In this document: positions 22,401 to 34,400 of the stretch, in pieces | How positions within the stretch are numbered: position 1 is the stretch's first letter | How the letters are laid out: the number at the start of each line of letters is the position of its first letter | From: Mustelus asterias | Lineage: Eukaryota | DNA length: 64,000 bases | Assembly (NCBI RefSeq): GCF_964213995.1 | Contig: NC_135825.1 | Coordinates: forward strand, 11,842,001 to 11,906,000 | Direction of reading: 5' to 3' | The notes under the pieces: model-generated | Databases searched by the model: none | What the model saw: the letters and a program-made list of their open reading frames with translations, nothing else | Told to the model about the DNA's origin: nothing | Program-made: the position numbers and the translations under genes

Positions 22401-25400
22401 AGATTTACCAGGATGCTGCCTGGTTTGGAGGGTAGGTCTTATGAGGAAAGGTTGAGGGAGCTAGGGCTGTTCTCTCTGGAGTGGAGGAGGCTGAGGGGAG
22501 ACTTAATAGAGGTTTATAAAATGATGAAGGGAAAAAATAGAGTGAACGTTCAAAGACTATTTCCTCGGGTGGATGGAGCTATTACAAGGGGGCATAATTA
22601 TAGGGTTCATGGTGGGAGATATAGGAAGGGTATCCGAGGTAGGTTCTTTACGCAGAGAGTGTTGGGGTGTGGAATGGACTGCCTGCAGTGATAGTGGAGT
22701 CAGACACTTTAGGAACATTTAAGCGGTTATTGGATAGGCACATGGAGCACACCAGGATGATAGGGAGTGGGATAGCTTGATCTTGGTTTCAGATAAAGCT
22801 CGGCACCACATCGTGGGCCGAAGGGCCTGTTCTGTGCTGTACTGTTCTATGTTCTATGTTCACTAATGTCCTTTAGGGAAGGAAATCTGCCATCCTTACC
22901 TGGTCTGGCCTACATGTGACTCCAGAGCCACAGCAATCTGGTTGACTCTCAGCTGCCCTTGGGCAAGTAGGGATGGGCAATAAATGCTGGCCAGCTAGCG
23001 ATGCCTCTGTCCCACAAATGAATAAATAGAAATGGGGCCTAGGTTTAACATCGCCTCCTCAAGGTGACACCTCTGGCAGCACAGCCCTCTCTCTGTACTG
23101 CACTGGAGTATCTGCCCAGATAATGGGGGGAATTCTCCGGCCTCCCAGCTGTGTGTTTCTCGGGGGCAGGAGGTGGCGCGCTGTTCACTGGCGGCGGGAT
23201 TCTGCAGTCCCACCGCTGTCAATGGGATTTTCCATTGATGTCACCCCACGCTGCTTCTGGGTGGGGGGGGTGGGGGGTGAGGTGGGGAGCTGGGGAAGGG
23301 GGTGAGATTTTGTTGGTACTCAAAAGGACAGGAACTTTGACTTGATTAGTGGGACGGGAAATTCTGATCAGGCAATGATAATGTCAGAGACATGCTTGTG
23401 GCGTATCAAGCCTCACGTGTTAGCCTGTGATGAGTTCCTACTTGGGATACATTTGCACTCTGCGAATACTCAATCGTGTCAAACATTTCATTAATTATGT
23501 CCTACTTTCTGGACTCCTGACTGTGGTGGTGGTGGGGGGAGGTGGTTTGGGACAGTCAGTCAAGGTAAAAATATAAGGAGCCTAAAGGTCTGTGTCAGTA
23601 CTCTCCAGATGTGTATCCGTCCCAGGGTATTGTCAGACAGAGCTCTTCCAAGGCTTTGGGTTTCTCATTGAGTGTCCTCAGACAATGTCCTATACAATGC
23701 ATGGGCCAGCTTAGCCTGCAAGTTCAGCCATGCCGCACAGAGTCGCAACTACAACAGTGGACACTGACATAAACATTCAATAAAGAGTCGACAAAAAAGT
23801 CGCAATACTGTTCCTTCCGCAATAAAGGAAATGTCCCTAAACCTCCTGTCCCCATCAAGGTGAGGTGTGCCAGCAATTTCGCTCTGTGCTAATAAAGTCT
23901 CAACAAATAATGATGACACACACACAGGAATAAAATGAAAACAATGCAATGTGGACTATTTCCAGGTGAGATTTAATTTTCACCCGTGCTACCTTTGTGC
24001 TCTTTGTTGATGGCAAGGGAGTTGGGCAGGAAATTTGTGGATGTGATGTACAGCCACTCTGTCTGGTCTGCTTGTAGATACAGCATCATCAACCGATAGT
24101 GGTTTCACCAATGTAAAGCTTTCTCTTGCTATTAAATCACAAGTGTTTTGCACGCTCTCCCTAGCACATGAAATTTTAACCGCAATTGAATGGGGAAATG
24201 TAAAAAGAGAGAGACAGTTCCGATTACGACATTGGGAATGAAATCCTGTTGACAAAATTCCGGCTGTTGTATTTTTCTTATGGAAACTGTACCAATCAAT
24301 CCAGCAGCAATGAGAACATTGTACCTTGTGGATCCTGAAGTTTGGTCTTGATTCTCAGTGGGATATATATTTGTATTCATGGATACTGTTGAAGAATCTT
24401 GACAAGAATATTCAGGTCCTGTTAAGACAGGGAAATAATGTTCAGATTCACCTCATTTTCACTGCTCGCTAATCAAGAGAGCATCATTGTCAACTGGAAC
24501 CTACAGAAAGAGCCTGGACGATATAATGGATTTGGATGATTTAATTTCTCTCTTTCCTCTAGCAGTTAGAACTCATGATGACACCTGGCTGAGGCTCATT
24601 CTTATGATAATTTCTGTTTCTTTCCCACATCTGAGAGTGGTGCTACAGAGTTACTGCTGGAGCAGTTAAAGGGTGGACTACAATCCAGATATATCCTTTT
24701 GTACCGTGTGAAAACATAGGCCCAGATTTTCTCCTTGATGGTGAGCTTTACTGTTGTGGCAAAAATCCTTTGGAGAGTAAGGTACCCCTTCAATAGGGTC
24801 CCAGCATACCTTCGGGGAGGTTCGGCACCATTTAGGATTGCTAAAGTTAAAAATGATGATACACTTTTTATGGCTCAAATGCATTGGAACTGTCAAGCTG
24901 TCAAAGAACTGTCCAGCAGTCAGTTGGCATAGGCCAGCATAGCTAGGGCATAGGGAGTGTTTGGGGGGCCAGGGTGAGGGCTGGAGGGCTGCTTTTTGGT
25001 TTAAACTATTTTTCTATTTGCTTAAACACAAATGCCTTCCACCCAGCCCTCCTCCTCATCCAGCAATTTTCACAACAATTCTGGGCAGAGGCTGCAGGTG
25101 GTCACTTTTGAAGGTCAGGTTTGCAGAGCCACCCCCCCCGCCACTCCGTCTGCTGAGCCCTTGCCATTCTCCTGTGTCTGCACACCTGGCCCAGAAGCAA
25201 AAATCCAGGCCATAAAGTAAAGTTCCAGGCAGCGAGCTGGCCTCTGATCCCAATGGAAAATGTATTTCTGGGAACCCAGCAACCATGATCCTACCCTGGA
25301 AAGATGTCCTTGAGGGAAAAGGAATATAAGTTGGGCATTGACTGCAAAAAGAAATCAAGCAGTTGATGTTTGTGTTAAAAGAATGCTTCTGTTAAAAGAA

Positions 25401-28400
25401 TGTATTTATTAAAACAATTGACAGCCAAATGCCATCCCATCATACGAAACAGTCACCTGCGAAAATAGACAATGGTCATTTTCTGTCTTCTGTGTCAGTA
25501 TTCTGGCCTTGCAGTAACAATGGGAAACTTCACCTCACTGGCAGCGGCTATCACAAAATTCAACCACTGATTTTCTGTTTACTAATTATGGGCCAGAATC
25601 TTACCACCGTTCACGCCATTAGGATTTTCCCATCCCGCTGCACAGAGCTGAGATTTGGCTGGCTGCCAAATTCTCCGACCTCCCTGCAGCGGGAGTGTGG
25701 CGTGAACAGCCAGTCAGATCGCGCCCATCATATTTTGTGTAGTTGGTGTTTGAGCCTCCCCACCTCCAGTGAGCATTCAGGTCCAGTGGAGCCCCGATTT
25801 TACGCGCCCCGATTTAGTGCGAAATCGGATATTACGCGATCGCGCGACGGACCCTTTTTTAAAACTATTTCCGGTTTCGTGAATTAGCGCGATCCCGATG
25901 ACATTCGCGATCACATTTTATGGACCCCAACCATCGCGTTAAAAGAGGGCTCCACTGTAACTGACTTTGGGGAGTTTGAAGTAAAACATTGATTTCAAAA
26001 TGGACAAAAGTTACTTTAATTTCTATAGTATCTTTCACAAAACGCTTCGCATTGGAGAACCCAAAATGCTTCGCAACCAATAAAGAACTATTCTGAAGTG
26101 TCGTCATTGTTTTGTGGCAGGGAAATGTGAAAGCCAATTTGCACACAGCAAAATCCCACAAGAAGCCATAAGACGAAGGTACTGCTTGGAGTCAGTGGGC
26201 TGGTCAGTATTTAAAAACCCTGTGACCAGCCTGAACGAGTACGCCACTACAGTGACTGACTTCATTAGTAAGTGTGTAGAAGACTGTGTGCCAAAGAAGC
26301 AAATCTGTGTGTTCCCCAACCGGAAACCATGGATGAACAGGGATATCCACTGCTTGCTGAAGTCCAGGTCTGAGGCGTTCAAGTCAGGAAACCCTGACCT
26401 ATACACGAAAGCCAGATATGATCTAAGGAGATCCATCAAGGATACCAAAAAACAATACCGGACCAAGCTAGAGTCCCAGGCTAGCCACACCGACCCCCGC
26501 TGACTATGGCAAGGTTTGCAAGACATAACAGGCTACAAGATGAAGGCATGTAAAATTGCCGGCTCCAACGCACCCCGCTCTGATGAGCTCATTGCATTCT
26601 ACGCTCGTTTTGAGCAAGAGGTCAGCGAGAGCATGCCCTCCACCCTGGAAGCCCTGGATGAACCTGTATCTGGAGTCACCATTGCAGATGTCAGAGCAGC
26701 TTTCTCGAAGGTCAACCCACGGAAAGCGACTGGCCCGGTTGGGGTACCCGAACAAGCACTCAGATCCTGCGCGGATCAGCTGGTGGGGGTATTCGCAGAC
26801 ATCTTCAACTTCTCTTTACAACAATCTGAGGTCCCTATCTGCTTCAAGAAGACGGCCATCATCCCGGTATCTAAGAAAAGCCAAGCAACGTGCCTTAATG
26901 ACTATCGGCCGGTGGCTCTGACATCCTTCATTATGAAGCCCTTTGAAAGGACATGGCATGAATCAATTCTAGCCTCCGGACTGCCTGGATCCACTACAGT
27001 TTGCCTACTGCCGCAACAGGTCCACAGCAGACGTCATCTCCCTGGCCCTACACTCAACCCTGGAACACCTAGATAACAAAGACACCTATATCAGACTCCT
27101 ACAGCTACAGCTAACTAAAGCTCAGCCTTAAACACCATTATTCCTATGAAACTCATCTCCAAACTCCATGGCCTGGGCCTCGGCTCCTTCCTCTGCGACT
27201 GGATTCTGAACTTCCTAATCCACAGACCACAATCAGTAAGGATAGGCAACAACACATCTTCCATGATCATCCTCAACACCGGTGCCCCACAAGGCTGTGT
27301 TCTCAGCCCCCTACTATACTCCTTATACACCTATGATTGCGTGGTCAAATTCCCCTCCAATTCGATTTTCAAGTTTGCTGACGACACCACCGTAGTGGGT
27401 TGGATCTCAAACAATGACGAGACAGAGTACAGGAATAAGATAGAGAATCTGGTGAACTGGTGCGGTGAAAAAAATCTCTGCCTCAATGTCAACAAAACAA
27501 AGGGGATTGTCATTGACTTCTGGAAGCGTAGAGGAGAGAACACGCCCCTGTCTACATCAATGGGGACGAAGTGGAAAAGATTGAGAGCTTCAAGTTTTTA
27601 GGTGTCCAGATCACCAACAACCTGTCCTGGCTCCCCCCATGCCAACACTATAGTTACAAAAGCCCACCAACGCCTCCACTTTCTCAGAAGACTAAGGAAA
27701 TTTGGCATGTCAGCTACGACTCTCACCAACCTTTACAGTTGCACCATAGAAAGCACTCTTTCTGGTTGTATCACAGATTGGTATGGATCCTGCTCTGCCC
27801 AAGACTGCAAGAAACTACAAAAGGTTGTGAATGGAGCCCAATCCATCATGCAAACCAGCCTCCCATCCATTGACTCTGTCTACACTTCCTGCTGCCTCGG
27901 CAAAGCAGCCAGCATAATTAAAGACCCCATGCACCCCAGATATTCTCTCTTCCACCTTCTTCCGTTGGGAAAAAGATACAAAAATCTGAGGACACGTACC
28001 AACCGACTCAAGAACAGCTTCGTCCCTGCTGCCGTCAGACTTTTGAATGGACTTACCTTGCATTAAGTTGATCGTTCTCTACACCCTAGCTATGACTGTA
28101 ACACGACATTCTGCACTCTCTCGTTTCCTTCTCTATGAACGGTATGCTTTGTCTGTATAACGCGCAAGAAGCAATACTTTTCACTGTATGCTAATACATG
28201 CGACAAAAATAAATCAAATCAAATCAAATCAGAAATCTGTTCCAGTGCCATTGGTTAAAAGCTTGGCAGGGCTCCAAATTCTTCTTTGAACAATATCATG
28301 GAATCTGATACATCCATGTGACTGCGAGGGGCAGTGGATAGTTATTTAGTTTTGCGTTCCATCTGGACATCAGCGCCTCCAACAGCAGAGCAAAAGCTCA

Positions 28401-31400
28401 GTGTTAGGCAGTGGTTTCTGGTTCAATTCGAACTGTGGCGTACCTCAGGGATTAGTGCTGGGACCTTTGCTGTTTGTAATATATATAGATAATTTGGAGG
28501 AAAATGTAACTGGTTTGATTAGTAAGTTTGTGGATGACACAAAGGTTGGTGGATTTGCGGATAGCAATGAGGACAATCAGTGGATACAGCAGGATATAGA
28601 TTGGTTGGAGACTTGGGCGGAGAGCTGGCAGATGGAGTTTAAGTCATGATGTGGAGATGCCGGCGTTGGACTGGGGTAAACACAGTAAGAAGTTTAACAA
28701 CACCAGGTTAAAGTCCAGACTTTAACCTGGTGTTGTTAAAGTTCTTACAGATGGAGTTTAATCCAGACAAATGTGAGGTAATGCATTTTGGAAGATCTAA
28801 TACAGATAGGAAATATACAGAAAATAGCAGAACCTTTAAGAGTATTGATAGGCAGAGGGATCTACATGTACACAGGTCACTGAAAGTGGCAACGCAAGTG
28901 GAGAAGGTAGTTAAGAAGGCATACAGCATGCTTGCCTTCATTGGCCAGGGCATTGAGTTTAAAAATTGGCAAGTCGTGTTGCAGCTTTATAGAACCTTAC
29001 TTAGGCCACACTTGGAATATAATGTTCAATCCTGGTCACCACACTACCAGAAGGATGTGGAAGCTTTGGAGAGGGTACAGAAAAAATTTACCAGGATGTT
29101 GCCTGGAATGGAGGGCATTTAATATGAGGAGAGGTTGGAGAAACTTGATTTGTTCTCACTGGAACGACGAAGGTTGAGGGGCGACCTAATAGACGTCTAT
29201 AGGATTATGAGGGGCATGGACAGAGTGGATAGTCAGAAGCTTTTGCCCAGGGTGGAAGAGTCAATTACTAGGGGGCATAAGTTTAAGGTGCGAGGGGCAA
29301 TGTTTAAAGGAGATGTACGAGGCAGGTTTTTTACACAGAGAGTAGTGGGTGCCTGGAACTCGTTGCCGGGGGAGATGGTGGAAACAGATACGACAGTGAC
29401 TTTTAAGGGGTGTCCTGACAAATACATGAATAGAATGAGAATGGAGGGATATGGGGAAGGGTAGGGGGTTTTAGTTCAGTCGGGCAGCATGGTCGGTGCA
29501 GGCTTGGAGGGCCAAAGGGCCTGTTCCTGTGCTGTAATTTTCTTTGCTCTTTGTTCTTTGTTCTTCAACATTATTTGGGCCCAGTATTCAAAGACATCTG
29601 ACAATGATGCTTCAGAATAAACCCCTGGTGACTCCTATAGGATGACTGCAGTTTACTGGGGAAATTTCTACTTGTTCTTGATATTCTTTTCTGACAGCAA
29701 TAGCAAGAGCAACATTGGTATCTGGCCAGAGTCAATATTTGCATATGCTAATTTATACTGTTCAAGGGGAAAGTTAATTTGTCTTTTTTTTTTACCATAT
29801 TGATGTATCTAGGCACAACCAATCATGAATACTCTGTGGAAAATTGAACGGGCGGCATGGTGGCACAATGGTTAGCTCTGCTGCTTCACAGCTCTAGGGA
29901 CCTGGGTTCGATTCCCAGTTTGGGAGACTGTCTGTGTGGAGTTTGCACATTCTCCCCGTGTCTGCATGGGTTTCCTCCGGGTGCTCCAGTTTCCTCCCAC
30001 AGTCCAAAGATGTGCGGGTTAGGTGGATTGGCCATGCGAAATTGCCCATTGTGTCCTGGGATGTATAGGTTAGAGGGATTAGCGGGGCGGCACAGTGGCA
30101 CAGTGGTTAGCACTGCTGCTTCACAGCTCCAGGGACCTGGGTTCGATTCCCGGCTTTGGTCACAGTCTGTGTGGAGTTTGCACATTCTCCTCGTGTCTGA
30201 GTGGGTTTCCTCCGGGTGCTCCGGTTTCCTCCCACAGTCCAAAGGTGTGCGGGTTAGGTTGATTGGCCATGCTAAAATTACCCCTAGAGTCCTGAGATGC
30301 GTAGGTTAGAGGGATTAGCGGGTAAATATGTAGGGATATGGGGGTAGGGCCTGGGTGGGATTGTGGTCAGTGCAGAGTCGATGGGCCAAATGGCCTCTTT
30401 CTGCACTGTAGGGTTTCCATGTTTCAAATGTGTGGGGTTGTGGGGATAGGGCCTGGGGTGGAATTGTTGTTGGTGCAGACTCAATGGGCCGAATGGCTTC
30501 CTTCTGCACTGTAGGGTTTCTATGATTACCACAAATTAAGCTAATATCGCCCAGAACCGGGGTCAGTAGTTTATCTTGATTGAGTAATTCTTCTTTTTTG
30601 TACATGGAAGTCTGAGATTTTGACTGCCAATTTAGAATGGTAGAATGTCACAGAGAGAAAGTTCAGACCATTATTCTTCCACTCTCTTTGAAAGAGCTCC
30701 CTACTTAATTCCATTGACCTTCTCCACACACTTCAAATGTGCTTCTTTTAACTTCCCTTTTAAAAGTTATCATTGAACCTGATTCTGACATTAGGGCGGA
30801 ATCTTCCCAAAATTTGGCTCAATGCCATTTGTGGCATCGATTCCTGGCCTTTTGCCTCAGATCAAACGTCAGATGAAGCCCAAGATGGGGTGTAGTGCCT
30901 TCTCTTGTCAGCTTGGATCTTGTTTGTCTCTCAGGTGGGGACCATGAATTGGATTCATTTGGATTTTGAAGTTGTTTTTTTGCAATAAGCAAGGAATGGA
31001 TTTGGATTTGCCCGGTTTACTCTCAGCACTGGTTTTGTAACTTCAAATAGAGTAAAATAAATGTTTTTATTAAGCAGTTTTTGGTGCGAAACCTGGAGAG
31101 AATCCCACCAGCCCTGTCAGTGCGACCTAGACCAGAATTGTTAGATACGAGAAAAATAATTTGTTCACCAGGATACCCCCATGCCCCGTAGCGTTATGTG
31201 TCTGACTCGGTCGCCCCTCCAATGCCAGTATATCTTTCCTTAGAAAAGGGGACCAAAGTTGTTCACAATATTTCAGGTGTGGTCCAGTTAGTTCTTGTAT
31301 AATTTTATACAAAAAATATTTTTTTGTTACTCCATTCCCTTTGAAATAAAGGCCAACATTGCATTTGCCTTCCCTATTACCCACTGAACTTGCATGCTAG

Positions 31401-34400
31401 CTTTTTGTGACTTATGTACGAGGACCCCCAAATACCTCCATGCTGCAACTTTCTCCATTTAAATAATATCCAGCTCCTTTATTCTCCTACCAAAGTGCAT
31501 AACTTCACAGTTTCCTACATTATATTCCATCTGCCAAGATTTTCTCCACTCACTCAACCTACTGACAAACCAAATAAAGTGAATTCGGTCAGATCCTGTA
31601 ACTTGGAGTGACTGACGTAACTTAACCTGCGACCAGTTTGGATAAACATTAATTTAACAATTCAGACACCAAATGGTTTTGTTTACAGTAACACTTACCA
31701 ATGCTGCTGACTTCTATCACATAACGGCAGTCATTCTCTGGCCTGTCGATCACTGACACTGTAACCATTTCACTGGATTTTTCTTCCTGGTTATTTGAGG
31801 CTGTGCAGTAATATTGATGCTGTTGCTGTGTGAAGGATTGACAATGTAGATCCAGTTCATTGGTGTCAGAGATCTTTGGATCTTCAGACGGGGACCTTTC
31901 ATACCATTTGTACAGAATGGTAAGTGATTCCTGGACAGACTCACAGGAGATGGACACTGAGCCCCCAGAACATGAGGCATTTGGTGGTGATAGAAATCTA
32001 AGTACAGGAACAGGTTCTGTGGGAAAGAAACAAACATTCAGAAACTGAGTGAACATCCAAACTTCAAATACTCTCCATTTTTCACAACTCCTGTATCCCA
32101 CCAGGGCCTGTTTGTTGGAATTTCACTAGCAGATCTACCTCTCCATATCTCCCCACGCACTTGCATCCTAAACCACTTTATTATATCAGAATTTCAGGTC
32201 TCTGGTTGAAGCAAGCAGCAATGATACTGAGAACATCTCAATGTGAAAATCAAGGCTAACAATATCTCTCAGTCACAGATCGCCAGCCTCCAATGCTATT
32301 TGATAGTCTAACTCTCAAATGAAACGTCGACATAGTCCCAGAGGACCATAGGCTGCTCTGCCCTTTGAGGGGGAGAGCTGACTGGTGGTGATGAAACTTG
32401 AGGACCACCACACCTCAGGTGAGGGGCAAGGTTGAGAAAGCATTGCCTCCATGGATAACTTCAGCCAGTACGGGAATTGAACCTGCGATGTTGGCATCGC
32501 TTTGCATCACAAACCAACCATCTAGCCCACTGAGCTAACTGACCCTGACACTCAAATGTGATCTGGTAATGTATTTTTGATATGCTGATCTACAATTCTC
32601 TCCAATCAGATCACTCTCAAATGTGAACTGATTGGAGAGAATTGTGGATCAATACATCGATAAATTATGGAAAAATTGCCAGATATCAGTTACAGACTTT
32701 GTAGATTTGCCCTTGGTTGGGGGAACAAGAGGGGGAGGGGGGAGGGTGTCGAAGGAGCCCCGCTCCTCCGTAACCATGTATGGGGCTGGGAATACACTTC
32801 ATAGAATCATAGAATCCCTACATCAAGTCTGCATCAACCACAATCTCACCCAGGCCCTATCCCCATAACCTCATGCATTTACCCTAGCTAGTCCCCCTGA
32901 TATTAAGAGACAATTCAGCATAACCAATCCACCTAACCCACCTTTGGACTGTGGAAAGAAAAGGAGTACCTGGAAGAAACCCATGCAGACACGGGGAGAA
33001 TGTGCAGACTCCACACAGACAGTGACCCAAGACTGGAATTGAACCTGGAAGTCCCTGGCACTGTGAGGCAGCAGTGCTAACCATTGTGCCACCATGTCGC
33101 CTGCTACAGTGAGAAATTCCCCACTGCTTTCAGCATTCCAGTCTCCCAAACCCTGGGAAACACAGCCCACAACCATTAGATTCAAATGGATCCCAAAATG
33201 GGATCCTTAGTTAAATGTAATAGTCATTAATCCGTCTCTACAGAGTGAGATACTCGGACATCTTGAAACCTGTCAGTTAAAAAGAAATGCATTTATGGTC
33301 GGCTCACTTGTGTCAATTTAAGACCCCCACCTGACCCTCTCCTGTCTTTTGGAGATATGGACACCGGAAGCTTCTTCCTTGAACTCTGTACCAGAGGAGG
33401 AGTCGAAACGCAAAGGGAACCAGATTCACTAACAATTTTTCTTGAGAGTCGATGGCGCTTCAATACTGTCACTGTGACAAACTCAGAAACAGTTTGGACA
33501 AAAGACACTCAGAAACTTGGCAGTCTGGGCAGTACGGTGGCACAGTGGTTAGCACTGCTGCCTCACAGCACCAGGGACCCAGATTGGATTCCTGGCTTGG
33601 GTCACTGTCTGTGTGGAGTTTGCACATTCTCCCCATGTCTGTGTGGGTTTCCTCTGGGTGCTCCGCTTTCCTCCCACACTCCAAAGATGTGCGGGTTAGG
33701 TGGTTGGCCATGGTAAATTGCCCCTTAGTGTCGGGGGACTCGCTAGAGTGAATTCATGGGGATAGGGCCTGGGTGGGATTGTGGTCGGTGCAGACTCTAT
33801 GGGCCGAATGTCCTCCTTCTGCACTGTAGGGATTCTATGATGCTATCTTTGAAATGCTACAGGCTATCCCTGAGCTCTTTGCTTCTCAAGCCCCTTTCCA
33901 TTGGATAATAAACAGAGGTCTGGGAAATAGCTGAGAAGATAAGTCATACAATCTCTGTTCTGCCATTCAATTAGATCATGCATGGTCTGAACACAATCCA
34001 AGCAAGAAGACAACGTCACAATGCCCTTTCGACATCAACTCACTCAGCTTTGAGCTGGACTCCTCCATTCTTTGCACAGTTGTGGACAATGTGTGTGGGA
34101 GGCCTGTCAGTGCATCACAGGTTATCCACTGCCACCTCAATGATCACTTTTTCCAACAAAGGCTTCCGGGGCAGAGGCCTGTGTCCGGCTGAGCACAGTT
34201 AGCTCTGCCCCCTGATGCGACAGTGAAGGAATGGTGAGATATTCCCAAGTCAGGAATGTGTGTATTTGGAAGGGAATTTGCAGGTGGTGGTAGTCCCATG
34301 TATCTGCAGCCCTTATCCTTCAAGGTGAGAGAGATTGTGGGTTTAGGAGCAGCTGTATATTATCTGTCTATTAGTTTTAGCCTCATGCAAACATTTGATA

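Noticed and set aside
19257-22860. Active CR1 or domesticated esterase gene
   Set aside because: 5'-truncated, ORF1 is frameshifted, and ORF2 has a premature stop and frameshifts.
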